Shown one piece after another: positions 28,715 through 44,600 of a DNA stretch of 64,000 nucleotides. The position numbers and the translations under genes were made by a program. The stretch's first letter is position 1. Every line of letters begins with the position of its first letter. Source of the DNA: the human T2T-CHM13v2.0 reference genome, Homo sapiens; the NCBI RefSeq assembly GCF_009914755.1, contig NC_060925.1; one strand, written 5' to 3'. Below the pieces are notes generated by a model. It was not told where the DNA came from and searched no databases. It saw nothing but the letters and a program-made list of their open reading frames with translations.

Positions 28715-29331
28715 CTGAGAGGGCAGAGGTCAGAAGGAGATAAGCACTGTGTTTCCCTACCCTAAGTTTCTCCCTGGCTCAGCCTGAAAATGTCCCAACA
28801 GATCAATAGCAAGACTACACTAAATGCCAGTAAACACATTATCCCATTTGATCTTCACTGGCAGCTCAGGAGGTAGGTGGGACAAGCCTTTTCCATTTTA
28901 TGGATGAGGAAACCAAGGGAGAGAGCTAGCCAGGCACTGAGCCAATTAGGGACAGAGACCAGAGGACAGAGACTCTAGGTCTCTTGATTGGAGCCCAGAA
29001 AACACCATCTCCCACCCGCTTCTTCATTTTGCAAGCAGATCTAAGCCTCTGGTTCCTTTCCTTTACCCTTTCCACCTCATCCCTCCAAGAGAAGTAAGAA
29101 TCTGCAGGACCACACAGGAATATACTTCTGATACTTTTCCCCTGCCCCTGATGCCTGCTTGAATTTGAGATCAGTACTTAGCTTCAAATCTCTAAGATCA
29201 GGAATTATTACAACCTGTGTTCAAACCAAATAGTTTAAGAACACAGAAGAAACTCTTGCACATTTGCAAACTACTACCATCTCTCCCAACCCCACCCAGG
29301 ACTCCAAGAAGCCACACTCTTGGTGGCTCAC

Positions 29332-29478
29332 TCAGTTCCAGGTAGAGTCCCCAGCTGATGCCTGAGAGCAGCGCCAAGGTGATGAGGTCGCCCAGGCTGG
29401 CAGCAATGGGTGTGGCCACGTTGTCTGGGTTGATCCCAATCTTGCGAGAGCCAATGATGACTCCAATCATGATCATAC
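29332..29478 (-). CDS. SLC41A1: SLC41A1 coding exon 5 (147 nt)
   Basis: [21 protein letters not shown], MgtE-type motif. Confidence 0.97.
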
Positions 29479-29619
29479 CTGGTGAGCAAGTGGGAGGAGG
29501 GGCAGGCAGGGTGAGAAGAGATAAAGGAGTCTCAACAAACAAAAAGAGAGAGTGGAAGTGCCAGGTGCAGTGTTCTCTGGGGCGGCACTCCTTACTCCTC
29601 TATGCCCTCCCTTTCTTAC

Positions 29620-29764
29620 CCAGTACCAGGGAGGCAATGAAGGCTGTGGCCACGCTGCTAGCACAGAGCAGGAAGGCGTGCGGAATACTGAAGTGGCCAT
29701 CAGGGATCCAGCCAAAGACGACGGCTGCGATGGACGCCAGGAAGCCCACCACCGTGGCCTGCAC
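29620..29764 (-). CDS. SLC41A1: SLC41A1 coding exon 4 (145 nt)
   Basis: [19 protein letters not shown]...; cag/GTAAG boundaries. Confidence 0.96.
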
Positions 29765-30421
29765 CTGGGGACAGGAGTGGTAACTCAGAAAGCCCTGAGA
29801 GCAGTGGGCTTCCTAAGCTGAGGTCATAAGCATCTGGGCAGACTTCTTCCTGGCTGGCAGTAGCCCCAGGAGGCAGGCTGGACTGCATGGTCCAGTCCTC
29901 CCAGGCTGGAAGGATGTCTTTATTTATTTAGGTTCACACCAGCCACTAGTACTGGGCAGTGCACTCTGCAGGAGCCCAGAACATGTTACTGGCTGAATGA
30001 GTGTGCCTCTGGGGATGGGAGTGAGGTTCAACAGAGCCGGAGACTTCCACCCAGAGTCAAGGCCTGGGCCTCAAGGGGGAAGGCTCCCAGTCTGAACCTG
30101 TGTGGTCTCATGGGGAGATGGGACAGCAGTGGCACAGGACATCTCAGCACTCCTGAGTCTGCTCATATTGCCAGGATCTGCTGGGACTCAAAGGCACGTG
30201 CACCACCAAGAACTGAGAACCAGAATGGGTGATGCTGGGCCCTCCTCATCTTGGGCGTTTTCCTGGGTAACCTAGTTACCTCCTAGAGCTACTCTGGGGG
30301 AAGCCAGCTCAGTGGGATACTGGAGATTCACTCAGGAGCCTGCTGGGGCTGACCTAAGCCTTTCAGAGATTCCTGACTAAGGGGAAGCTTAGCCCACCCT
30401 CTCTGGTCCCTGCCTTCTTAC

Positions 30422-30493
30422 CTGGATGAGGGCCATGTTCCCAGTGATCATCCGCCAGAGCTCCTTGGGTGTGTCCATGTGTCCAATGTTGGC
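30422..30493 (-). CDS. SLC41A1: SLC41A1 coding exon 3 (72 nt)
   Basis: ANIGHMDTPKELWRMITGNMALIQ; cag/GTAAG boundaries. Confidence 0.96.
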
Positions 30494-31614
30494 CTGGGAA
30501 AGGGAGGGCAAGGGGCTGGAGCTTCAGGCTGGAAAAGGCCTGAAGCTCCATCCATTAGGCTCCTGCCTAGATCATGAGGCAGTACATGTGGCCTAAGACT
30601 CTGAGAGCAGGACCTGACAGTCCCGGAAAGGTGAAGCAGGATCAGGGAAACTGAGGTGAAAGGGAAGGAGCTAAAGCTGGGCTCCTGCAGCTGGGTGGGG
30701 GGTTGGAAGGGGGTCCCCTAGGCAGTCGCCTCTCTTCCTCTCAGGACACCAGCTGAGCAGAGGCAAATTCTATCCTTTGCCCTGCTTATCTGGGCAGCCC
30801 ATTCCTGCATGGGTCAGAACAACCCAGTCCCTGACTCTGAAGCCAGCCTGCGATCCCAGGGAAGGAAAGGTCAGCTGCTGGTGCAGGACTGAGGCTCCAA
30901 GAGTATTTGGGAAGGAGTGGGTGGCATGGGCCAGAAGTCGGGTATGGCAAGTCAGGGTGGGTTAACTTGGATGCCACTTCTGTCTGTCACCTTCTCTAGA
31001 CTCTTGACCCTGCAGGGAGATCCCTGGCCTCCTGAGTTTTATCATCTCCCACCTCCAGCCCAGGGCCCTGTATCTGTTCAGGCCCGGAATCGTCACGGCT
31101 CACAACTGTGGGAGGTAGGAATGACGAGCAGCTCCTCTCTGTCTGTTTCCTTAAAGAAGAGCAAGCTGCCATGGGTAAAGGGAATGGGATGGCCGGGGGG
31201 CTGGGGGTGCTGGGAGGGCCTGGCTCTGCTCCCGCCCAGCTGCAAAGCAGGGCTGGAGATCAGAGGAGGCCCCCATCTGTGCGGGTGGAGGAACCAGCAT
31301 GATGCCTGCCTGTCAAAGCTGCACAAACAGTCACGAGGTGGTTGAGAGGTAGGGGGTGGGGCAGGAGTCCAGGGGTGGCTGGGACATCCAGAAACCAAGC
31401 CTGGGAACCACTTTGGGCAGGGAGCCCCTGCCCAGGAGCAGGACACCCAGCCTGGGATCTCCCTACACCTGCCCAGCCAGGCCCTCCCTTCCCACCCCAG
31501 CCCCACACTCCAGGCCTGGGCAGTGGAGAAGGGCTCGTAGCCCTCTCCCAGTCTCTGGCTCTGTGCTGCCCAGAGTCCTCTCTGTGCCCCACTCCTCCCA
31601 GCCAGGATACTCAC

Positions 31615-31722
31615 TGCAGTGGAAAGCCTTGATGCCAGGGTCATTTCCAGGTTCCCTTTGAGCCCCAGCAGCGCAGGCACTAGGATGAAGACCTCTGTCA
31701 CCTTCTGGAAGACTTCCCAGTG
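31615..31722 (-). CDS. SLC41A1: SLC41A1 coding exon 2 (108 nt)
   Basis: [36 protein letters not shown] (PX6GN MgtE motif). Confidence 0.97.
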
Positions 31723-33053
31723 CTACGAGGTGAAAACAGAACCCAGGAATTTCAGTGCCCCAAAGGGCGGGCATTGAGGTTCAACAGGTAGTCTGAGATC
31801 AGGGGCTCGAGGAGGAAATAGAATCAGCAGGGAGTGAGCACGCCAGCCACCTTTCCTCCAAGAACCTTGGAACCAAACCAAGCCCATGATTCTTCAAACA
31901 ACACAACCCCCCTTCCTGCCACCCAGAACCAGGGAGATGGAGAGGGTTTCTGCCGGTTGGGAGACTCTCAGTCTGGCCCTACCTTTTCTGTTTTCCTGGA
32001 GGTGGGTGGGGAAGGGTAATGGGGACCCACACAGCTGAGCTGCCCTGGGCTGCCTGACACCCCAGAAATCCTTTGCAATCCCCCCTCAAATTGCAATCCC
32101 TGGCCCCTTTGCCTTCAGTCCAGTTTCTCTGTTGTCTCAGCTGTGAAGAGTTGGGCTCCACAGGGCTGGGGCCGAGGCTGGGGAGATTAGAGAGTTTGTT
32201 TGGTTTCTATCTCCAAGGGCTTTGGGCCTCAGCCACAGCAACTCTCCTTCTGAACAGGCTCTGAATTAAGACTGTGGCCCCTAAACCTCTGAATGCTGGC
32301 CTGCAAGAGGCTTTTTATTTCTCTGTGCACTGCCTTACCCCCACACACCTTCCTCAATCTCTCAGCTAGGAGAAGCAAGTGTACTCCTGTAGGAAGAGCC
32401 CTGGACCGGGAGTCAGGAGACCTGAGTTCTAGTCCCAAGACAATCAATCCTGGCTCTCCTACCAATGTCTTTGGTTAACATCTATTAAGGACTGATTGTG
32501 TGCTAGGCTAAGTGCTCTCCATGTATTTTCTCTTTTAATCATCTTAACAACCCAGTAAGGTAGGGGCTATTTTTATTCTCATTTTGTGAATGAGGAAACT
32601 GGGGTTCAGACAGTATTCCACTAGTTAGTGCTAAGAGGACTGCAGGAACCAGGACTGGCTATTTGAAAGCTACTTTACTTGCAATTGAAACTGAGGACTT
32701 GCAAAAGGGTTTAGGATTGTGTCTCCCTCCCTGGCCCTAACAGGGTAGGTGGTTTCTTTTATTTGTTTTAAGAATGGAAAGCCTCCAGGTTTGGAGAGGG
32801 AGGAGGAGGCAGGAGGCCAGGCGGATATATATGGGTTGGTCTGCGTATCATGGCTGGGAGGCCAAGCACTATGTTTGGCAAGGGCACTGGACCAAGAGCC
32901 TTGGGTCTCCTACAGGAGACAGCAGGGATGGCCCCCTGCTTATCTCCCCAGTACACCTCCTCACGTAGACCGGCTGGACACCTTAGACAAGTTACAAGGG
33001 CCTCAAGCTCTTGAAAAATGTTCAATTCAGGGACCAGATCAGATGGTCTTTCA

Positions 33054-33438
<385 letters not shown>

Positions 33439-33464
33439 GTTGAGCAATACTGTAGATTAGTAAG

Positions 33465-34805
<1,341 letters not shown>

Positions 34806-37800
34806 AAAGATAAGCAAGGCTATCAGAGGGGGTGGGGCTAGGGCTTGAGACCAGGAGAGGCTGGGCGCTGGGTGGCCCTATAAGGCAAGAACCTCTCTTT
34901 TCCTTTCGGAGCTCTCCCTGTGTGAATGGGGTGGGAGGCCTCACAGGATCCTGGGGAAGGACTCATTTCACTGGGGCTGGAGCATATGCTTGCCTGAGCT
35001 TCTGGTCTGGCCAAGACCTGGGACTCTCCTTAGGGAAGCCCCACCGTAGGGACTAACAATGGGGAAGAGACTGCCCCCCATCTCAACAACAGTTACTGGG
35101 CTTCCAGGCAGCCAAAGGATGAGCCAGCCCTCTCCAAACACTGAAGGGAAGTGAATCCCTTCCCACCCTAAGACCCCTCAGAGAGAAGGCAGCCCCAGTG
35201 AGCCCCATCTGCCCTGGAGCAACTTGGGGACTGTTACTCTTGGACACGGCTGGTACATACCACTGAGGCTCCAGCTCCCTGCAGTCTGGCCTTGCTCTGC
35301 TTCGCCTCCTGCTTCCTCCCAAACCAGCTCCAGAGAGGGGAAAAATCCCCCTCTTCTCCCCTCCCTTGCGGGCTTTCAAAGCTCCTCTCAGAGCACAGCC
35401 TCAGAGCTCATCTTCACCCCAAAACACCAGCTCCACCCTGCTTCCAAGCTGCCAGCTCCATGAAAATCTGACTTCTACAGGTAGGTGTATGTAATGTACA
35501 TGTACTCATAGAAAGAAAAAGCCCACAAGAAGACTCCACATGTATGCAAGCAATGTTTTCTGAGCTGTTTGTAATGAATATTGCTTGCTTTTATTATTAT
35601 TTAAGAAAAATGTATAAAGCTCAGCTAAGTTCCTCTGGTTGCTACCATAAGCACCCCAAATCTCTCTACCTCCCAGCACAACGCACCCTCTCCTTATAGC
35701 TACAGGAGGATCTACAAAGTACGGAGTGTTAGGAGCAGTGGGATAAGAGACAGACAGGCAAGGAGAGGGAGCAGTCACAGTAACAGCCCCTATGCAAAAG
35801 TCTTCCCGACTCTTACAGAATATAGCCTGGAACCTCAAACGACCTGACCCCAGGCCAGCAAAGCCCCGAGTTGGCACTTGGGTCAGAGAAGCCAATTCCT
35901 ACACACATACTTTCTTCACCCACAAACCCTCTCAAAGCTGCAGCTCAGGCAGAAAGCCTCTGACACATGGGCATGCATAGGACTCTGGAAAGAGATGCTG
36001 GAGGCTGGAGATGTGGAGCCAGCCCAGGAATCAAGGTGGCCTTAAGGTTAGGAGTAGACAGGATGGGCAGGGGCAGACAGTGAGTAGCTCTTCTTCCTCC
36101 TTTGGCCAAATTCAGCCCCATCCTGTTCATCCAGGCTAGGAGTATCTGCCCCTGAAGTCACACCCGTCTGCCAAGCAGCCACCCACGCCTTCCTGCTCTG
36201 ATGGGGATGAAAAAGGGCATGTTCCAGGAAGTGCTGCCCTGCTTGGAGGTGAGGGGAGCATCTAGATTTTAACTACTTCTCAGAAATGCAGCTCCTCATC
36301 TCTTTCCTTCTCTAACCTTGGTGTGAGGGGCTCATGGATCCCTGGTATTCTGCAGGTGAGGGAATAGACTGCCTCCCCCATAGCCAAAATGAATCCTGAG
36401 GCACAGCAATCACCTTAAGTCTCGATCCTCAGTGGTCCTGCCAGTACCTCTTCCTTGCCCTTCCAATGCGCCTCTTCCATCCTTCACCTACTCCAATCCA
36501 AGCTCATACACTGACCCTGACCTGCCTTCAAGGGTTCTGGCCTGAGCCACCTCAGGAGGGTAGCAGCAGGGAAGAAAGTCAGAGCCAGGAATCAAGACAT
36601 TAAGAAGACTTAAATTCCCAGATACAAGCTTTAGGCTCCAGGCTGGGGAGAATCTGGGCTCCTGTGGGAGAAGCTGGGCTGGAGCTGATCTTTTAGGGTA
36701 AGGACTGGGTCAGATGAGATTACAGTAACCCCAGGCTTCACCTGTCTGAGGCTTTTCCAAAAGGCATCCTCTAGGTGTCCAGGAAAGGGCTTTAGGGCAA
36801 CACCTGGATATACGGTGCAGGACAAAGCAGGAGCAAAGCAAATGGGTCCCTGACAGCAGGCAGGGGACAGAGATGGGAAAAGCAGAAGGGGTGGTCAAGT
36901 GAAGCAGATAAGAGTGTCCCGCCCAGGGATGCTGCGGCCACAGGAGCAGGCCAGGCACAGGAGGAATACTTCCTTCCCACTCTACTTCCCCAAGGCCACG
37001 CTTGCCATGCACTTTCATCGTTGTAGACTTCTGTATACACAGCAGGATCTACTTTGTTCAAGATCCTTAGCAGGTGAGTAGTGAGTTAAAATAAGGACCT
37101 GTCTTAACCTAGCTGGGAATTAAAGTGCAGATGGGCACACTACTTCCTGTCACCCCATCCCTCACAAAGGCTGACAGATAAAGGGAGTGAGACATCCGGA
37201 GCAGCCTAGGACCAAACTGGGCAGATGGGCACAAGGCTCCTGCAGTGAGGAGGCTCCCATATCCCAACCCCCTTCAGAAGCCAACACCAGGCCCCAGCCT
37301 GCTTCCCTTCCAGATGCTGCAGGAACTTTCAGCCACGGTTGGGAAGTTAGAGCAGATGGAGGTCCATTTATCCTTTTCCTACTTTGGGCCAGCACCAGCC
37401 CCTTATTTCACTGCAGATGCTGCTGTGCACATTTACGGGAGGGCAGATAAGAGGAGGCAGAAATGACCCTTCTAGGAAGAGAGTGGGTTTTCTTTTTCTT
37501 TTAAATTAAAATTAAAATTCAACTTTTTATTTTTATTTTTTTTGCATCTCGTTGGTGAAAAAGAAACCAAGTTTTCTACAGCAGCAAGGAAAGATGGGGG
37601 CCCTGGACCAAGGAGACATCTGAACCAGGCCCAACATGGACTCCTGCTCAGTTGCTCCAAGATGCTGGGGACACTCCATAGCCAGCTTCTCCAGATGGCC
37701 CCATGGTCTTGGGGCACTTTCAGATTCTCTTACTGAAGTCCATCTTAGCTTATGAAGGGGTAATATAGGTGTGAATCCTTAGAAACCATCCCGCTCTTCC

Positions 37801-38304
37801 TGAATCTGAGATTGTCAGTCCCCCTTTTACTCCCATGGATGTGGAATAACAATCTCCCTGTGGTCCCATGTCTCGGTCCCTCTGCACTCACCCCCTCCTG
37901 CCATCTCACTGTTGCCATCTGCAGGGCCTGCTCCAGCCCAGCTGTAGCAGGAAGGCTGGGGGAGGAGGACATGGACAAACCTGCCATTGTCATCCACACC
38001 AAGTGGACCCTAGCTCTGAGGTGAGCTGAGGTGCCACACTGAGAGCAGCTCCAAAGGTTCCCTACCCAGGCCTCTCAATGTCTCCAGCTCATGGGCCTGG
38101 AGTGGGGATGGGGCAACACATCAGAAACTTTGGAATCTAAGTGTGTGGGATGGGTAGGGGTGTGGTGTGTATGCGGGGGTCCCTCCCTACCCCATCTAAG
38201 AACTTTTATTCTTGCTCACTTCAGAAGATAACGCTAATTAATCCAGATTCTAATCCACCCAGTTCTTCAAGGAAAGACAAAGAAAATAGGCTCCTCGTAG
38301 AGTC

Positions 38305-38909
<605 letters not shown>

Positions 38910-40724
38910 CCCCTCTCCGAGTTTTTAACCAACTGGTGAACCATGGCCATGGCGAAGGCCACAGGGGTTAGTGGTGTGGGCTCTAGGGTCAGATGACCAG
39001 GGACAAGTTACCTAATCCCTCTAAGCTACAAGTTCCCTACCTACAAAATGGAGATGATTATGGATCCTACCTCATGGGCCTACCGAAGAGCCCCCCAAAT
39101 GCTTCCCCACTACCATTACTATTATCCAGAAAATAAGACAACTCTCTTCAGTTCACCTCTGGACCCTGGCTCTGCAACCCTTTGTAGGTATCAAACCAGA
39201 ATGCAACAACTTCAAGAATGAGAACTGAGGCCACAGGAAAGGAATAGAAGAGGTGAAGAAAAATGTTACCCTAGTCTCTTTCTCCTCCTCCTACTGTCCC
39301 AGTCCCAGCCCTAGGGGGAGGAGCAGCCCCTAGCAGGAGGAACCCAAAGCTCCAGGCTGGCTTCCCAACCTCCATGTAGGAACAACCTTCAAGATAACAG
39401 TTTTGGGGAAAGGGGAGGCAGTGCAAGGCACTTTGGCATGACTTAAACAGCACTCTCATGAGCAACCAAAGGTGCAGGGTTCCCCTGAAGGGCTCAAGTC
39501 AAAGTTCTCCATGTGCACACACTATCAAGAACCAACCCCCTTCAGTCTCCCAGGACACAGGCATGGTGAGACCTACCAGCAGAACTCTATATCACTATGG
39601 TCTGTAGGGTTGGCTTGGCACAGGGAAGGTGATGCTAAGCTTCGTGTCCTTCTGGGAGATATCACAGTCAGGGAACACTGGGGGTCCCAAAAAGCAAAGG
39701 CCAGATCTCCTCCTGCCTTGGTATTAATATTTCTCTGAGTACCTAGGACAGAGGCCAGCATTCAGCAGGAATTTGATACACATTGCTGAATTACTTAGGT
39801 AAACCCAGCACCTTCAAAAAGTTTGGTGTGCCACACTGTGCCTAAAAAACTTTTATCTAAAAACAAAACTTTAACTCTTGGACCTGGAGGTTCTTCATAA
39901 GTCCTGACTCACAATAAATTAACATGGCACATCTCTGGCTCTTAGATTCCATGTCCCACCGACTCTCATCCTTCATTCTACCCAATGTCCTCAAAAAGAA
40001 CCCTCTTTGCCCAGGGCAGGTTCAGAATGACAGGTGAGGAGCAAAGAGGAGAGACAGTTCTGCCCAGGCCTAGTTACATTTTGTCCCCATTTACAGCAGA
40101 TAATTAGCACATTTGGGTCTTGTTACACCAAATCTCCAAATCATGCATCAGACAGCAAGTGCCCACCCCCACCCCCCAAGGGGATTATGCCAAGGTTACA
40201 GGAAGATAAGCAACACAAAATGCCTTCAAGAGCCTTCCTACTTAATTTGAGACCCTCTTGGCAGCTGAACAAATTCCTGCCCAGTAGGGGGATGGAGGAG
40301 AGGCTTGAAACTGAGCTTTCTACTATGGGTATCCTTGAAACCCCAAATGCAGGGGACAAAAGGCATAAAGAGGAGACCCTTGTAAATGTCTCCTACTGAG
40401 CTGGGCTCGGCAGGACTGCTTGGGAGAGATGGCAAGCAACGACCCTGTTCCATCTCTCCTCTCCCAAGCCTGAGCTCGGGAGCCAATTCTGTTTCTATTT
40501 AGCAATACTGCCCTGATCACCTCCCCAGGGCTACTCGGTTTCCTTGAGGCTTCTGTAGAAAGGAACTAGACCAAGAAGAAACCGAGGACATGATCCAAAG
40601 GAAAACAGTATTCTAGGAAGCAGCAGCCACTTCTGACAGGGAGGTAGAGAGGAAGTTCCAAGTTTCCCAGCAGGCAAAGGTGGCCCTGGGCTCACAGTCA
40701 AGAGCTGCCCTACTCAGGTCCTAC

Positions 40725-41096
40725 CTGCACGATGTCCAACACCATGCCAGCAGCCACAGTCCCAAAGCCTGCCAGGAGGAATGGAAACAGTACTTGCAGC
40801 CCGATGGAAAAGGAGGTCTCCTTGAGCGGGGAAGGTGGCGCAGGGCCACGGTCTGTGCTGACGTCGTCACTTTCGTTGCTCTGGCTCCCGTTCTCCAGCA
40901 GGGCGTCCTCCTCCCGAACCCCCTTGGCGTTGGCCCGAGACTCAATCACCACCTCTACCCCAGCCCCATCAGGCCCCAGGAACTCTGAGGTCCCAGCCAA
41001 GGGCTCTCTCCCTGGGCCATCTGAAGAGCAGGGAGAGGCAGAAGGGCCAGTCCCGTTCAGTTGGTGGACGTCCTTCGGCTCTGGCTTAGAGGACAT
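40725..41096 (-). CDS. SLC41A1: SLC41A1 first coding exon (372 coding nt, [12 protein letters not shown]...VLDIVQ)
   Basis: ATG at 41096; CAG/GTAGG donor; exons sum to 1542 nt = 513 aa + stop. Confidence 0.96.
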
Positions 41097-41742
41097 GACA
41101 GGCACGGAGGAGGGGAAGGGAGAACTTTCCTCTCTTCTTTTTGCTTTCTCTCTTCTTCTCTAACTTGGGAAAGAACTTAGTCTTGGGGTGAACCCAGGCT
41201 TGGGCGCCGCAGGACCTCTTCCCACGGCTCTCCACTCCTACCAGGCACTGCAAAAACTGATCCACCAACAGGCAGCCCCATCAAGCACTGAAGCCGCAAG
41301 CTGGGAAGAAACAAGAAATTCCTCACCAGACAGCCACTAGGGGTGCAGATGCCTGACTCCAACCCACCAGCTCTGTGCTTGAAGAAAAAGTATCTGTCCT
41401 CTTATCTTCTTTGGTTCTCAGTGGCAGGCTCCTCAGAGCAGGGGGCATCCAGAGTAGAAGAGCTCAACCAAATTCTGGGGTGCCCTCTGAAGTGGCCCCT
41501 CTTCCGTAAAAAGCAGCTTGAGTTCAAATCTTTCAGAACACAGTGCCAGCCTGGGGCTGCGGCTCCTTCCCGCTCCTTTGGCTGGGCTCTGTCAGCTTCC
41601 CACAGCTCCTCAGGCTCTGCTGGTCCCAGCGCAGCGTCTGCCGTCTTTCCCTTCTCTTCCAGAAACTTCCTCCCTTCCTGGGAAGAGCTAATACCTCTTC
41701 AAATCCCTGGTCCTTAAAGTCACGAGAATCAGTGTGGAACAC
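41097..41742 (-). other. SLC41A1: SLC41A1 5' UTR portion of exon 2 (646 nt)
   Basis: Long polypyrimidine tract then cataag|GTG acceptor at 41743-41744. Confidence 0.8.
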
Positions 41743-43389
41743 CTTATGTGGGAAGGAGAAAGAAAAGAAAAAGAACATTACACTATAGCAAAGGACAGCT
41801 TGTACTGGGAGAATTTCCCCCCAAGGAAGTTAGGAGTTCATCATATAGCTATAGAGTTTGCTATTTGCCTCCCTTTTTCCGCAAAAATTACTCAGTCCTG
41901 CACTGCTCCATCTGGAGGCTCAGCAGGAGCTATCCCCGCCATCCTCCCCACCAGCAACCCTCCTGAGGGATCACCACCGTGGTCACCAGCAATGAGATGT
42001 GACCAGCCTGGGATTGGGAAGATGCTGTGCAGAAGCCCTCTGCACTGTTTCCTCAGCAACTGGGGGTGGGTAGGTGTGTCCTCAGCAAGACCCCTTCTTG
42101 AATGCCCATTAAGAACCCTGCATTATTTAAGTGGGGTTCAGTTACAAATTCAGTCACAAACTCCCTGCCACACAGCCACCCCTGTATAAAGTGACTGCTT
42201 ATCATCACAAGACAGCAACAGAAAGACAGCCACACAGGGCAAAGAAATAGGGAGAAACTGATTGCTGAGTGAAGTCCCCCAGACCCCAGATCGTTCTAGC
42301 TTCTGAGAAAACAAAACAAAGCTAGGAGGACTCCCTGGGCAGTGGGGCAAGCCTGCCAGACCAAGGCCAAGAGCCAGAGGCCTACCCACTCCTGCCCTTG
42401 AGAGTCAACAGTGTTACAAAGAGCTCAGACAGCTGACTCGGATCCAGGCCTCTGTCTCTCCCCGTCTCCCCCTGCTCTTGGCCCTGTGAGCTTGTCAGAT
42501 AGGACAAGGGAGTTATCTCAGTTAGAAGGGACAGAGCATAAAACGATTGCTTATTACCCACGCATTTCAGTTAATTAGGCTCCTCCTGTTCCCCAGGGTT
42601 ACTGAGAGTTGGATATAGTGGAATTCTTAGAAACAAAAACAAAAAAACAAAAGTAGCAATAAAAAAAACCCAAAACAAAAACCAAAGCACCGTAAGCCAA
42701 TATGCACTTGCTCCAAATGCATCTCTTTAGCTGTAATGGCTCCACTTCTCTGCCTAAAGGAATCCCCAGGCTTCCTAATTCCTGATGGACTCCCATCCTA
42801 TTCCATTTCACCAGAAGAGCTCTTATTCGTAAAAAATAAATTTAAAGAGAGTTCCACCAGGTAAGAGGAACAGGTCCTTAAGTATTCCAAACACACACAA
42901 TTAGTCAAGTTCAGTTTAGGAAAGGAGGTATCAAACCCCAGGAACTGGCCCAGGAGAACTGTTTCCTCTATCAATTCAGTCACCCACCAGGACTCCCTTT
43001 TCCAATCTCCTTAAACACAGTACTGTGGTTCTTTCAAACTCCCTCACCAGAGATCCAGGAGGAAACCTCTGAGTCCAGTGCCCCTATGCCAGAAAAGTTT
43101 CTGAGTCCGCTAAAAGCTGACACCCCCGCCTCCCTCCTGTGTTCCTGGCAGGCCACTGAACCTGAGAGGGGGCTCCCAGGAGGGGAAGCCAGTCCTCCCT
43201 CACCACTCCCCCTGTAAAGAGACTTCAGACAGGCCTAAGGCCCTGGGACGAAAGAAGCAAAAGTGAACCAGGACGCCCTATCCCCTCCTCCCAGGCGGGG
43301 ACAAAAAAGACCCATTTTAGTATCCCCAACCCCGAGGAGGGAGAGAAAGTAACTGGGTGGCCTCCTCAGTCTCTCCACCACTCAGATTC

Positions 43390-44600
43390 AGCAAATGCGC
43401 TGCGCGCCAGGACTGCCGCCCTCCACCACCCCCTCCCCGCCCCAGGACCCCACAGGACTGACCTGCCCCTCGCCTGGGAGGAAGGGGGGCGCCTGGCAAG
43501 TGGCAGCGTGGCCCGTGGTCTCGGGGGGTGCAGGGCACCCCCTCTTCTCATCACTCCTCCTCGACAGTCCTCCTTGGCCCCCGGCGTGCCCCCCCACACC
43601 CCCAGCCAAGGCGAGCGTCCAGCCGCGACACCCGGCTCGCTACATTTCGCTTCTGCGTTACAGCGAGGCCGCCGCTCCGCTTCCACGCGGGGGAGGTGGC
43701 CGGGGAGGGCAGGATATATCGCTTCGGGCCCGGCGGGGGGGCACCCGGACGGGGGACCGGGGAGCCGAGCTCACGCGCCCCCAATCGCTTCTTGCCCGCG
43801 GACTCGGGCCCAACTGGTTGGCTGCCGGTGGCAAACGTGATCTGGGGCAGACTGGGTGGCACCCCCCCCGCTCCATCAAAAATAGATTCTCGGATGGACA
43901 ACAGCAGCAGCCAATCAGGGACTGGGGAGGGGGCGGGATCAACCTCGGCCCGGCCCCCTTCCTTCGCTTCGTGCCCAGGAGGCGGGGCGCCGGGGAAACG
44001 CAGTAGGAGGAGTGACGGGAACCGGGAGCCGGCTCCATGCGCCTGGAGCGCGCGGGTCCCAGCGCCCATCGGCCCGGGGTCCGAGGGGCCCGCTGCCCGG
44101 GCTCGCTGCGTGGTGCTACCGCCCCCGGGCCCGCTGCGCCGCGTCGGAGCCCCAGCAGACTTTGAGAGGCGTGTGCGACAGTGCGCGTCCTCTCCTGCCT
44201 CTGGATGTTTCCTTGGAGCCTCTGGCCTTCGGGAAGACCGGTAAACGTCCCTGTGGAGCCAGCCAGCCAGCCACCTCTGACCCCCGGGCTCAAGCAGCCA
44301 GCCGCGTGCTCCCTCCTCCCACTTGGTACCCGGACAGAACAGTCCCTACCTTGCTCTTCTCCCGCCGGCTCGTCACTTTAGGCTCCCTCCAGATTCCGCG
44401 TTCCTTGAGCAAATGGCTCACCCCTGACGAATCCGGCCTTAAAAAAGTCCCGGCCTTGAAAGGGGTGGAGACTGGCGGGCGGGAGCGAAAGGAGGTCAGA
44501 CCCATGGCTGGGGTCGCACACGCATCACCTGAGGTCGGAGAGGAGGGGAGCCTCACTTCCTCTGACCCACTGAGCCTGGTGGCAGCGTGCGGAGAGATGT
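43390..44600 (-). promoter_or_regulatory. SLC41A1: SLC41A1 CpG island, promoter and non-coding exon 1 (donor CAG|GTCAGT, exon end 43463)
   Basis: CpG-rich; CCAAT box at 43911-43915 and adjacent GC box (about 43929-43938). Confidence 0.85.

Noticed and set aside
31093-31701. 202-aa minus-strand ORF
   Set aside because: It is an SLC41A1 exon read through its strong GTGAGT donor into the intron
41097-41105. MPV N-terminal extension of SLC41A1 in the ORF track
   Set aside because: Begins at a GTG; the first in-frame ATG is at 41096
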